From positions 14,818,001 to 14,882,000 of the forward strand of contig NC_042998.1 in NCBI RefSeq assembly GCF_006345805.1: 64,000 nt of DNA, in the 5' to 3' direction. Source of the stretch: Octopus sinensis. Its lineage: Eukaryota. Positions 51,627 to 63,566 of the stretch are shown piece by piece. The notes beneath the pieces were generated by a model that worked only from the letters and a program-made list of their open reading frames with translations, searched no databases and was not told where the DNA came from. Position numbers and translations under genes: made by a program. Within the stretch, counting starts at the first letter, position 1. Every line of letters begins with the position of its first letter.

Positions 51627-54600
51627 GTATGCCTTTTCATTCCTACTTTTTTTTTCTTTTTTCCTTTCTCATTTCTTTTTTTCTCTTTTTTCCTGTAAAA
51701 ACCGCTGTGTGAGTAGTGTGTGCACTTCTGCTATGTCACAGCGTTGAGTGCAAGATAGATTGCTTGTTGGGCAGCAGCAGCAGCAGCAAAAATGTGTGTC
51801 AGTAATCCTTGCCCTGTCTGTTCACCCAATCTTACATTTATATTATTTGCTAGTAAACAAAAACTATATATATATATCTATATATATATATGGGGACCTT
51901 TTATTTTATTTATGGCTGATATTTTCATACTTTTTGTAAAGATGTATATGTATGGTGGTGTTTGTGTGAGTGTGTGGTTATCACACATTTTTCCAACCTT
52001 CCCTGCAAGTAGTCAATACCTTCCCCTATTTTATATATAATTTTTTCTAGGAGCACATTCTTCCCCCTTTTTTAATATTTGCATAAATTTAAGTATTTAT
52101 GTACATACGTTCTACATACACACCATGGTAAATTTACTGTATATTTTTAAATTCATTTCATTTCCCCCTCTATCTTTTTTGCATTTGTGTTGTATTTTTA
52201 ATTCTCTTTCTTCCCATTTTATTTCTTTTAGTATGTATCAAAATAAATTTATTAACCGCTTTTTGCAGTGCACCAGATTAGACACTTAAAACTTTTTTCA
52301 AGCTCTCTTATTGTTTTGTAGCCAGAAGCAAGGAAACAATGTATCCATAGCCCATTTGGCTATGTTGTTTCTTTGGAGCATGTCTCTGGCATTGATGGAT
52401 GCTGCTGGTTATTATTAATCACTCTGATCATTACCCTCCCTCTTTGTAGGTTTTCAGTGGGTTTTAGTGGGAATGGTGAGAAGCAGGCATGCTAGTTCAC
52501 ATTACTGGGTAGCAATTGTATCTTCAGCTTTCTTAGAATGCACTAGAAAGGCTTCAACAGCAAAAGATCAACAATAATGCATATTCATTCGTACATAGAT
52601 ACATTACTAGCGTACACATTACTGTGTATGCTCACTCACACATTCTATATACATTCAAACACATCTACCGGTTTCCACTAATTAGCTGTAGTTTTTTTTT
52701 TTTTCCTTTCTTATTTGTAGTAACGGATCAAGATATATTAATATCATCTTTCGTTTTGTTGAATTTCGTATTTTCTCTATTTTTCTGTTTCAATCCTCTC
52801 AGTTTTTCTTAGCCTGAGGCTTATTGTGCCCTCCGTATTTCATTTTCCTTGTAGTTGTTTCCATTGGTTTTTGTAAATATGTACACTATATTAGGCTTCT
52901 GACTGGGGCTTTTAAAGTGCTGTGGAAAATTTAATCCCTCTTTGGAAGAATTATCTACTCGTAAAGGTATCTTTATCTTGAAAGTTGAGGTTCTTGACTG
53001 TCTGCACATACTAATTCGTATATTGGATTATCACTTCTGGTTTTATTGTCATTCAGATTTTAGGTATGCAATTTTGTTAGGAACTAATTTAAATTGTTCT
53101 AATTTCTATAGAGTTTGGAGATTGTTAAAGGCATCATTAGGGCTTCCCCTGTTGTAGTACAATGTTGAAATTGTTGGAAATTATGTAACAAGTTTTGGTT
53201 TCCTCATTTTTAGCGTTATATATAATTCATGTCTGTAAAAATGGAGAATAAAAAATGAATATTGTTGTTTGGACTCTCTTTTTCAATTGAAATTTTTCTT
53301 GTATATCTTGCAGCTTTCCTTTGTCTTCATCATTTCTCAGTCAACCAACCATGTTATGATTCATATCTCCTGAAATCCTTCTTCTGTCTTGGTTTACACT
53401 CCTAAATATCATCATGGTTTTATAATAGCTATATTTCTGTACAATATTCATTTTTGACTTCATGATTTCATAACCAAACTCTTTTTCATTATTATTTTCC
53501 ATTCAATAATTTCTATCCACAAACATCCTTGTATTTTAAAATCTTTTTATTCACTAACATTTACTTTCCTCTCTCCCAAGTTAGCAGTTTTTGCTCAGTA
53601 GGTCATTATATAAAAGATTGATTAAATTTCTACAAAATATCCTATGGTTTTTAATTTTGTAAACCTGGTTTATTAGATTTCATAAATTGCCTTCTGCTTG
53701 CCTCCAAGTTTACCTGATACCCTTTACGTTGACAATTTTATCCCAACCAACTGCATCCAATTATTCTTTCAGTATTATCTCCAATTAAGGAAAGCTAATT
53801 GCTTACCTTATTACTTGACAATTGTAAAAATTCATTAATAAACTCATTGTGTTGAATGAGTAACGGTTGTTTTAATTTAAAAAAGAAACCTAATGATTAC
53901 TGAATCATTAGCTAAATCTCTAATCACTTGCTGCATCAGTCTATATATATATATATTTATATATCAAAAACCCTGCCTAAATTTGGTAGCAGTACTATGT
54001 ACATGTTTGCATAAAAAACTTGTTGCTGTTAAAGCTTTTCTTCCAGCTAACCCATGCAGACAGTCCAGATTTGATCTCTATATTAAAAAGTTTTGTTTGT
54101 TAATCAATAATACTACTAACACCAATGCAGTATTAGGTGTAACAACATTGCTTTGTTATTAACTACTGAAACTTTTTTTAGTCTTTTATGATCTGCACCA
54201 AAGTCTTTGAGTGTATCAAAAAATTTCAAGTTTAGTGGAACTTTAAGTAAGTGGAAAATGCCAGTCACATACACCTCGAAACTAATTTCTTTAATATAGT
54301 GGGCTATATTTTCTGCATGTAAAGAATTTTTCTTCATTCTTTTCCTGATTTTTGAAGTCTCTAGAATATTAGTTAAAAACATCAGTAAAAAAACATTTGG
54401 TTAAATTAGATACATTCATTAGCTTTTAGTTCAAAAGTACATGTTGTAAATGTACTTTTCATCTTTTAACTATCTATTCATTTAAAGTATAATTTTTCAC
54501 TAAAATTTTCTTAGTTAGAAACTAATTTACGACTAAGCTACAGGTTCTATGAAGCTGACTTAAAAACGTTAATATATCTGGAAGTAAATCCCATGAAGAA

Positions 54601-54810
54601 GTCTACATTTATAATATTTGGGAGGGAATCATCAGTGCATTTGTATTGATGTCACTAAAATTTTTATTGGTTGCTTGTTAAACTTGTAGCTTTTTGCCAC
54701 AGTTGCTTTGGTCTTTTTATACAGCCTGCTTGCCGTCGTGTGTTTCAGGCTTACTGTCTTTATAGTTCTCACTCAATTTTCTGTTTTTTGCTTTCCCCAA
54801 TTTATTGCAG

Positions 54811-54886
54811 AGATTGTAAAATCATTCGGGATCCGCAAACCCTGAAATCAAAGGGATATGGTTTTGTTTCTTTTGTTAACAAAGTG
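54811..54886 (+). CDS. TIAL1: TIA1/TIAR coding exon: RRM2 RNP1 (DCKIIRDPQTLKSKGYGFVSFVNKV)
   Basis: Acceptor tttattgcag|, donor |gtaagt at 54887; 76 nt, phase 2 to 0; KGYGFVSF RNP1 octamer; lies inside track ORF 54671..54961. Confidence 0.96.
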
Positions 54887-55104
54887 GTAAGTAATAGTTT
54901 TTTTTTCTTCCATATTTATAATATAAAAAAAATATGCTTGGGGTTTCTCAGAGGTGCTTGACAATTAAATGGTTTCAAAGTAATCTAAATGCAAAATGCA
55001 AATAATTATGGCATTCACCTCATTAATGGTTATTCATACTGCTTGTTTGATCAATTGTTTTTTGTATTAAATGCGGGTGCTAATGAAAATATGTATATAT
55101 CTCT

Positions 55105-55259
55105 TGGAGTGGTTGCTGTTAGGAAGGGCATCCAGCTGTAGAAACTCTGCCAAATCAAGATAGGAGCCTGGTGCAGCCATCTGGTTCGCCAGCCCTCAGT
55201 CAAAATCGTCCAACCCATGCTAGCATGGAAAGCGGACGTTAAACAGCGACGATGATGAT
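55105..55259 (+). mobile_element. Family A short core copy
   Basis: GGAGTGGTTG...GGAAGGGCATCCAGCTGTAGAAA...(GAT)n. Confidence 0.85.
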
Positions 55260-56029
55260 TTCAGTCTAGTTTCCAAAACTAATGACTGCATCAAATGTTA
55301 ATATGCTGAAGGGGTTCAATATGTCCTATTGTTTGTAACAATAAAATAAAATATTTTTGGAAAGCAATGTGAAGTTCAGTATATTGTTCAACTTCTGGAA
55401 TATACATGTTAAAAAACTCCTGTTGAACCAGATAATTGCCATGACTGACTGTATATTCGTCGCCATTCAAAAATGTCACAACTATGCACAATCCACATGA
55501 AAATTGTTTATTTTTCTTTCTTTTTTTCTTTAAAGCAAAGGAAAAAGCATTTAGTATATGTCTGACCTCAGAATTCTCTCTTGAGTATCAATGCATTTGA
55601 ATACTCTACGTGACTGAATTGGGACTAAAATTCTGTATAAATCTGGGTCACTTTTCTACTGCGGCTTATTTAGATGGAACATCTCAGCAGTTTGGAAAAA
55701 CCTGCATGGGTTGCTGGTTGCAGCACAAAACATTTTCAGTGATATTAAAATATTTGCCTACTCTGTACTGAATAATGGACCTCTGTATTGCCACATCAAA
55801 TTAGATAGTTTTTCATAGAACCTTTTGGAAGTGTTGAATATTTTTCAACTCAGTGCTAAGTACTTAGTATCAAATGTTCTATTAAGATTTGATTATGGCT
55901 CAACCAGTTTTTGAAAGGTATGCAGTAATTGAAATCTAGTCTTATGTCTCATTGAATGTCCCATGTGACTCAACATTTCCAGGACATATTCTTGAATATT
56001 CCATTTTTGCAAAATTGAGTAAGAAGCAC

Positions 56030-56223
56030 CTGTGTTGGCACCATGCAAAAAGCACCCAATAGACACTCTGGGAAATGGTTGACGTTAGTGTTAAAGGGCA
56101 TCCAACTGCAGAAACCATGCCAAAACCGGCAACTAGAGCCTGGTGCAGCCCTCCTGCTAGCCAGCTACTGTCATATCATCCACCCTATTCCAGCATGGAA
56201 AAGTTTTTAAACAATGATGATGA
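56030..56223 (+). mobile_element. Degenerate family A copy
   Basis: aaaagcaccc...aagggcatccaactgcagaaa...cagcatggaaaa...gatgatga. Confidence 0.65.
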
Positions 56224-57109
56224 GGAGGAGTGATATTAAATCTAAAAGCTCGTAAACTCCACACTGATAGCAGATATGATAGCAGGTAGCACATAAATTG
56301 TGCAAGATATAGGGCAAGTCACAAAATTACTATTTCTTTAGCTCGAGATCAATTCCAATGAAGCAAAAGTAGATGAGTCATTCGACTCATGACCATCCTG
56401 TCTTTAGGTGTATCTAGGAATTCATAATCTGTGTCATATTTCGTTTGAAATAATGGTGTGTGTAATTTGATAGAATGCCAGCTGCTATTTCTTGCAGGCT
56501 GTGCAGTCACAGATTGGCTTCATTGCATTGCTTTGGTTTTGGTGATAATGTTAGCAATCTACTCCCAGAACATATGCTTCAAAACAGTGGCTTTTATTTG
56601 GGAATTTTGCCAGTATGGCTGTGTGCGCGTGTGCACACACTTTATAAATAAGTAACTAAATTACTGAACTTTTGAACTTGGTTGCATGCAATGTTCCTTA
56701 TCTTTTGCACACTTTATATTTCATACATTGACATGACTGCTGTTAAAATATGTTTTTACCTTTTTGCAACAGTGGCAGTTTGATTTTAAATATGCATTTC
56801 ATGTGTGACAGTTTCTCTTGTTTCCTATTTAAAAAATGTAAGATGAGTTTGAGCTCCATTAAGTTCAAACATGCACTGCACTTTGTGTCCACTGTTTGAT
56901 CCGTATGCATCTCATGAGAAAACGTGAGAATCACAAAACTCCAAATTAACTAATTTTGCATTGTGCCTAACTTACTGACAGTGAATTTTTAAAAACCTTT
57001 TATAGTTTTGGTCATGAAAAACTTTCTTCCTTGCATTCTATCATCAGATATGGAACACTGTCTATTGACACTATTCATTTTGTCAGTTTTACTTACTTGT
57101 ACGTCCAAT

Positions 57110-57353
57110 ATCATCATCATCATATCATCGTTTAGTGTCCGCTTTCCATGCTAGCATGGGTTGGACGGTTCAACTGGGGTCTGGGAAGCCAGAAGGCTGC
57201 ACCAGGCCCAGTCTGATCTGGCAATGTTTCTACGGCTGGATGCTCTTCCTAACGCCAACCACTCCGTGAGTGTAGTGGGTGCTTTTTACGTGCCGCCCGC
57301 ACAGGTGCCAGACGGAGCTGGCAAACGGCCATGGAGGGATGGTGCTTTTTACG
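57110..57353 (-). mobile_element. Repeat family A copy
   Basis: (CAT)n start and near identity to 2267-2500. Confidence 0.85.
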
Positions 57354-57574
57354 TAGTTAAAAAAGATGAAAAGTGAGTAGTTTTAATGGTTTTGAAATGA
57401 CGTTGCAGATCCAGGCTCTCACATCTAATGCTCAATGTCATTCTAAAAATAATTGCATCACCAGAATCTTGAAGCTGCAAGGTGATGCAAGATGCATTCA
57501 AAACAAAGTAGATAAATAAGCATTACCTTTGACAAAGTTATCTGAAAGCTAAAAACAAAGAAACACTCACACAC

Positions 57575-58160
57575 TTGTTTCAGTCATTTCACAGTGGCCA
57601 TGCTGGGGTATCACTTTGAGGAGTTTTAGTCAAACAAATCAAACCCTGGACTTTTTCTTTTAAGCCTAGTACTTATATTCTATTGGTCTTTTCTTGCTGA
57701 ACTGCCAAGTTATTGCTACATGCAACACATCAACACCAGTTGTCAAGTGGTGGTGGGGAGCAGACAGACACAAAATCTCAGATGTATATGGTGAGCTTCT
57801 TTCAGTTTCCATCTACCAAATCCACTCACAAGGCATTTGTTATTCTGAGAACACATTTTCCCAAGATGCCATGCAGTGAGACAGATCTCAGAACTATGTG
57901 ATTGGGAATCAAGCTTTTTATTTCTTTATTGCCTACAATGGGTTTGACATTGAGGGGACAAACAAGGACAGACAAAGGGATTAAGTTGATTACATCGACT
58001 CCAGTGCGTAACTGGTACTTAATTTATCGACCCCGAAAGGATTAAAGGCAAAGTCGACCTCGGTGGAATTTGAACTCAGAACGTAATGGCAGACAAAATA
58101 CCGCTAAGCATTTCGCCCGGAGTGCTAATGTTTCTGCCAGCTTCTTGCCACACAGCCATG
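57575..58160 (-). mobile_element. SINE family B copy interrupted by a nested family C SINE (57921-58143)
   Basis: B sequence stops at aagctt (about 57916) and resumes as agcttcttgccacacagcc after the C element. Confidence 0.75.
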
Positions 58161-58476
58161 CTGATATATTCTATAATATTTAGCAAATTTTTATGAAAAA
58201 TGCAGAAGAAACTGCTGAGGTATATATTGTAAAATAGATCAGTAAGTCTTAATGATTCTGAATGAAGTCAAGTTAATAATTGGCATTTCTAACAAAATTC
58301 ATGGACACTTTAATCTATATGTTTCTCTTAAATGTTTGCATTCTAAACTCATTTCTTTCCAACTGTGAGAGAAGTATGTTAAGATCTGTTCGTCAAGGAC
58401 ATAAATAATTATGGCCCAGCCTTCTCTCATTGATCACAGTTGTTAGATGTCTGCAATGTCTACGTGGTGACTAGGT

Positions 58477-58703
58477 TTGACCCATTAGCATTTAAACCGG
58501 CCATATCCGGCCAAAAGTATTCTGCCTGTTTTATGTTCAAACTGGCCAGATCTGGTCTCTCACACCAACCCTACAATATCATTTTAAAAATTAAGTTACC
58601 TCATCAAAATCTCATAGCTACAAGATAATGCCTGATTAATTCAAAACGATGTAGATGAAGAAGCATTAATTGTGGCAGAATAATGCGAACACTAAAGGGT
58701 TAA
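58477..58703. mobile_element. MITE family D copy
   Basis: ttga-cccattagcatttaaaccggccatatccggcc...aacactaaaggg-TTAA. Confidence 0.78.
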
Positions 58704-58852
58704 ACATGGTTTTTGACAATGTTTTATTCTCATAGTTATTTTGATAAAAGCATTAAAATGATAATCATCAGAAATTTGATTTATGTAACTGTCTTAGCAG
58801 CCCTAGGCAGCAAAAAATAAAAAATAATCTACCAAAGATGTGTATACTTTTT

Positions 58853-59058
58853 TTTTTACTCTTTTATTGCTTCAGTCATTTGACTGCGGCCATGCTGGAG
58901 CACCACCTTTAGTTGAGCAAATCGACCCCAGGACTTATTCTTTGTAAGCCCAGTACTTATTCTATCGGTCTGTTTTGCTGAACCACTAAGTGACGGGGAC
59001 GTAAACACACCAGCATCGGTTGTCAAGCAATGCTGGAGGGACAAACACAGACATTCAA

Positions 59059-59115
<57 letters not shown>

Positions 59116-59278
59116 CGACAGGCTTCTTTCAGTTTCCGTCTACCAAATCCACTCACAAGGCCTTGGTCGGCCCGAGGCTATAGCAGAAGGCACTTTCCCA
59201 AGATGTCACGCAGTGGGACTGAGCCCGGAACCATGTGGTTGGTTAGCAAGCTACTTATCACACAGCCACTCCTGCGCC
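58853..59278 (-). mobile_element. SINE family B, near full length
   Basis: Near-identical to 4038-4440 with a longer internal (CA)n. Confidence 0.87.
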
Positions 59279-59720
59279 TATGTATGTGCATGCATTTGTA
59301 TAATCATTTTGTGATCCTTTTCCATGTTAGCATGCATTAGGCAGTTGGAGAGATCTGAAGCTTGTGGGGACACCTCTTGCTCTACTGGTTCACTCTCAGT
59401 ATGGTTTCTATGATTGGATGGTGTTCCTAGTGCCAACCACTCTTCAGTGGACTGGATTCTTTTTCTCTGGCACCAGTGTTAGTATGGTTACTTGGTAGCT
59501 TACAAGGTGAGAAGACCCCCCCCCACGCACAACTAGGAGAGTACAAGTATAAAGTATGATGAAAAATGCAGATTTATTTTTGAGAAAGGGTGTTTGGGGA
59601 TACAAGAAAAACCTGTGTGAAAGTGATGAGGGAAATTTGGATGATGGGTTGGGTCAAGTAATGGAGTGAGCCTGTGCTCTCAAATGGCATATTTATTATT
59701 TTACATGTACTTTCCATGCT

Positions 59721-59948
59721 TTAACCTTTTAGCATTCAGATTATTCTGTCAAATGTAAAGCTTATGTATTCACACCATGTAAAATTAATCTTGCATCATT
59801 TCATGGCTTTGAGATTTCAATGATGTGATTGTTTATTTTTAAAATGACACAATAAGGTGGCTATGAATGACCATATCTGACTAGTTTGAACATAAAACAG
59901 GTAGAATATTTTGGCCAGATATGGCCAGTTTAAACACTAAACGGTTAA
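59721..59948. mobile_element. MITE family D copy inserted in a family A remnant
   Basis: tttccatgct-TTAA-ccttttagc...aacactaaacgg-TTAA-tgggctgga. Confidence 0.8.
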
Positions 59949-60214
59949 TGGGCTGGAGGTTTGTCAGGATTCAAGTTTAATCTTGACGGGTTGATAGGTA
60001 AAAAACAGGTAGTCTTACGGAGGGAGATAACAAAAAAGAAAGATGGGGAGAGGAGTGATAAATATTGATGGGTGGGTCAACATACAGTGGTTACTCCACA
60101 TTATATGAGCGGGTGAGGAAGTGTGTGAAGGAAAAAATTTGATGAGGAACAAGAACATATCCTTGAGGTAACATGTTCAAAAGATGTGTATCTCTCGCTC
60201 TGTATATATGGTGT

Positions 60215-60517
60215 CTGGCACGGGAAAACATTCAAGTAAGGTCATTGCCAGCACCGCTGGACTGGTTCCTGTGCAGGTGGCATGTAAAAAACACACCACT
60301 TGAGCGTCGTCGTTGCCAGTACTGCCTGACTGGCCCTTGTGCCGGTGGCGCGTAAAAGCACCCGCTACACTCTCGGAATGGTTGACGTTAGGAAGGGCAT
60401 CCAGCTGTAGAAACTCTGTCAGATCAGATTGGAGCCTGGTGCAACCATCTGGTTCGCCAGTCCTCAGTCAAATCATCCAACCCATGCTAGCATGGAAAGC
60501 GGACGCTAAATGATGAT
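60215..60517 (+). mobile_element. Repeat family A copy
   Basis: Full core plus upstream GGTGGCACGTAAAA units. Confidence 0.85.
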
Positions 60518-60539
60518 TTTATATATATATATATATATA

Positions 60540-60785
60540 TCATCATCATTGTTTAGCGTCCGCTTTCCATGCTGGCATGGGTTGGACGGTGCAACTGGGG
60601 TCTGGGAAGCCAGAAGGCTGTACCAGGCCCAGTCTGATCTGGCCATGTTTATATGGCTGGATGCCCTTACTAACGCTAACCATTCCATGAGTGTAGTGGG
60701 TGCTTTTTACGTGCCACCTGCACAGGTGCCAGACATGTCTGGCAAACGGTCACGGTCGGATGGTGCTTTTTACGTGCCACCGGCA
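60540..60785 (-). mobile_element. Repeat family A copy, tail-to-tail with the preceding copy
   Basis: Separated from 60215-60517 only by (TA)n. Confidence 0.85.
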
Positions 60786-61159
60786 TATATATATATATAG
60801 TAGAAATATGTTACAAAAAGAAAATATAAAATAAAATATAAAATACACGTGGAAATGTAAGGGTAAAATATGAAAAATCAACGAAAATGCACATTGCAAA
60901 TAAAAAAGGCTATTTATGACAGGTAATGACAAATATATACATTTAGATGGACTGAGGTAGTAATAAGAGTCATAAAATTCATTACTATGAGATGATTATA
61001 AGATGATAATAAAGTGAGAGAACAAAACGGACCATGGTTTACGCAAAGCTATATATATATATATATATATATATACATACATACATACATACATACATAC
61101 ATACACCCATGCTCAGCCTCATGACTTTGGGCCTCAGGCAAATATTCTCCTCACTATAT

Positions 61160-61572
61160 CCGATTTCATGCTGGGTTGCAACCTTTGCTAAGAGCTTTCC
61201 TGTTTGTCAATACGCCCTCTTTCTTTCCTATGAACCTATATTCTGCACTTTTCACACTGAGAATCATCACCAATTTTGTTTCTGCTCCCACCACTTTCAG
61301 TGCTGAATTATCAGGTGCTTCAACAGAGCCACATTGTTTACCTGTACCATGTCATTCTCTTTGTGTCATTTATCCTGAGGGTACATGTTTCATACCCTGC
61401 TGCAGGCAAGGCTTACATTCTTAGACAATCTATTTGTGTTTTTGCCGATGTTGCTGTGTCTCCATAATGTACCGAATGACCTCATGGTTGATCTTCTTGC
61501 ATCAGGCCTTACTTTGACTTGCCGGCTGCTGTCTCGTCTTTGCTCAACAACGCAGCTCAAGTACTTGCACAT
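61160..61572 (-). mobile_element. Degenerate RTE-clade LINE reverse-transcriptase C-terminal fragment
   Basis: KYLSCVVEQRRDSSRQVKVRPDARRSTMRSFGTLWRHSNIGKNT followed (frameshifted) by GYETCTL, matching the RTE YLG...LW...YGCETWTL motifs. Confidence 0.68.
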
Positions 61573-62014
61573 TTAGATGTGGTTTGGTTGGCCCCTTGGC
61601 ATCATTAAGATAAGCTGCTCAGGTTTCCTGGTGGCTGTCTTTTTGGTTTAACCGCTAGTTAAATTGATAAGACATAAGTTTATCATTCAGTCTTTGGAAC
61701 TCTGCTGGTGACATAGCAATCAGTATTAGTAGTTAAGGGAAGCGGGGTATCTTATTTACATCAGATGACCTCACTTTAAACACTGTCTTCAGTGGAACAA
61801 AATTTATTGAGCTACCAGCTGTTGGTGTTTATACCAATCAATATGAGATATCTAGTGACTTCTACATCATCTCAAAGTAGAGGCTACAGTAGACAGGTGA
61901 GAAAAAAAAGACACCCTTCTAAAGTACAATTCCTGGAACTAACCAGTGTGGACGCTTGCATTTTGCTCTAAGAACTGCCTGCTGATAATGAACAGACACT
62001 GCTTTAGGTTGAAT

Positions 62015-62108
62015 TCAGATTGGAGCCTGGTGCAGCCATCTGGTTCGCCAGTCCTCAGTCAAATCGTCCAACCCATGCTAGCATGGAAAGTGGGCATTAA
62101 ATGATGAT
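62015..62108 (+). mobile_element. Family A 3' fragment
   Basis: cagattggagcctggtgcagcc...catggaaagtgggcattaaatgatga. Confidence 0.75.
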
Positions 62109-62667
62109 TTTACACACACACCCATGCTCAGCCCCATGACTTCGGGCCTCAGGCAAATATTCTCCTCACCATTCTTTAATTTCTGCTATTTATAACTTAC
62201 CACAGCTGAGATGTGAAACTGAGTTAAGGCCTTTTTTTACAGTCGGTTTTTCTCTGATGATCCTTATTATTAAAATTCTGGTCTTGTGTCACCTTTTATA
62301 GAGCCTTATCTGCACTTCTGCAAGCTTTTCAGTGGTCTGCATTCTCTTCATTGATATTCTCAGCCAGATATTACTGGAATCAGCAGTCATTGCAACTTTG
62401 GACAGTACAATGAAAACTGTTTACATGCAGTCATTGTCCTGTCTCACAGATTTTAATGCAATTAGATAAGACCCTAGCTTCCCAGATATCTCTCTTTCTC
62501 ATCTGTATCAGCCGATTCTGGTTATTGAAATGAGAATGTTAGCAAGTCCTATTATCCTAAAATACTTGTATGTTTCTGTTTAACATACAGGCTTCTCTTT
62601 ACTTTTGACTTATATTTGTACAACTTTGCTCAAATATCCAATGCATTGTTAGACTTCCTCCTTGTGT

Positions 62668-62884
62668 TTAAGCCTTTAGTGTTCAGATTATTCAATCAAA
62701 CATAATGCTTGTTGATTTGAATTAATCATGCATTATCTCATATCTTCAAGATCTTGATGATGTAATTACTTAATGTAGAATAACATTGTAGGGTAGGTGT
62801 GAGAGCCTGGATCTGGTCAGTTTGAACATAAAACAGATTAACTATTTTGGCCGGATATGGCCGGTTTAAATACTAAAGGGTTAA
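62668..62884. mobile_element. MITE family D copy with demonstrable TTAA target-site duplication
   Basis: gtgt-TTAA-[MITE]-TTAA-agtgagg; the empty site gtgt-TTAA-agtgagg is present in the partner TIR (minus strand of about 61769-61783). Confidence 0.85.
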
Positions 62885-63107
62885 AGTGAGGTCATCTGAT
62901 GTAAATAAGACACCCAGCTTCCCCTAACTGCTAATATTCCAGAAGCTTGCATATTTTCATAAGTTTTTGCCCTTATATCTTCTATTGGAATTTCAATAAG
63001 TTACATACATTGAATGGCATGATGACTACATTTTATTATTGGTTAGAATGAATGCCATTTCAGTTGATGCAGTTTAATTAAACTTTAGGGTTAATTTAGC
63101 AATAGTA

Positions 63108-63259
63108 CGGAGTGGTTGGCGTTAGGAAGGGCATCCAGCTGTAGAAACACTGCCAGATAAGACTGGAGCCTGGTGCAGCCTTCTGGCTTCCCAGATCCCC
63201 AGTCGAACCGTCCAACCCATGCTAGCATGGAGAACGGACGTTAAATGATGATGATGATG
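63108..63259 (+). mobile_element. Family A short core copy
   Basis: GGAGTGGTTGGCGTTAGGAAGGGCATCC...(GAT)n; ends about 310 nt upstream of exon 63567. Confidence 0.85.
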
Positions 63260-63566
63260 TGGAAGGTGTTGAATGCAGCTGAGTAATAAGTAGGGATATG
63301 GTTGCTGTAGCTACAGAAAATTTTGAGGTTAAGACAATATTCTATAATACTATTGTTATTGTTGCATACATAGCCATCTGTACACTGCAGACCGAAAATC
63401 CCATTTTATATATTAATAGATCTAACAAAAGCTTTCCAGAGTGTCTTTAAAGACCTGACGTTTGCTGTTGAATTATATATTAATACTCTCATGCTAATGA
63501 TTTCACAGCTACCTTATGGCCAAATGTCCAAGTAAGATTAAATGTGATGTATTGTTATTAATATAG

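Larger units (their letters stand above)
61724..62936. mobile_element. About 1.2-kb non-autonomous DNA element with about 60-bp terminal inverted repeats
   Basis: 61724-61783 is the reverse complement of 62664-62671 plus 62885-62936 (right TIR split by a MITE); both ends begin TATTAG. Confidence 0.65.

Noticed and set aside
52260-52460. Additional YAG acceptor-like sites (about 52268, 52321, 52449)
   Set aside because: Expected by chance in U-rich sequence and no convincing paired donor was seen.
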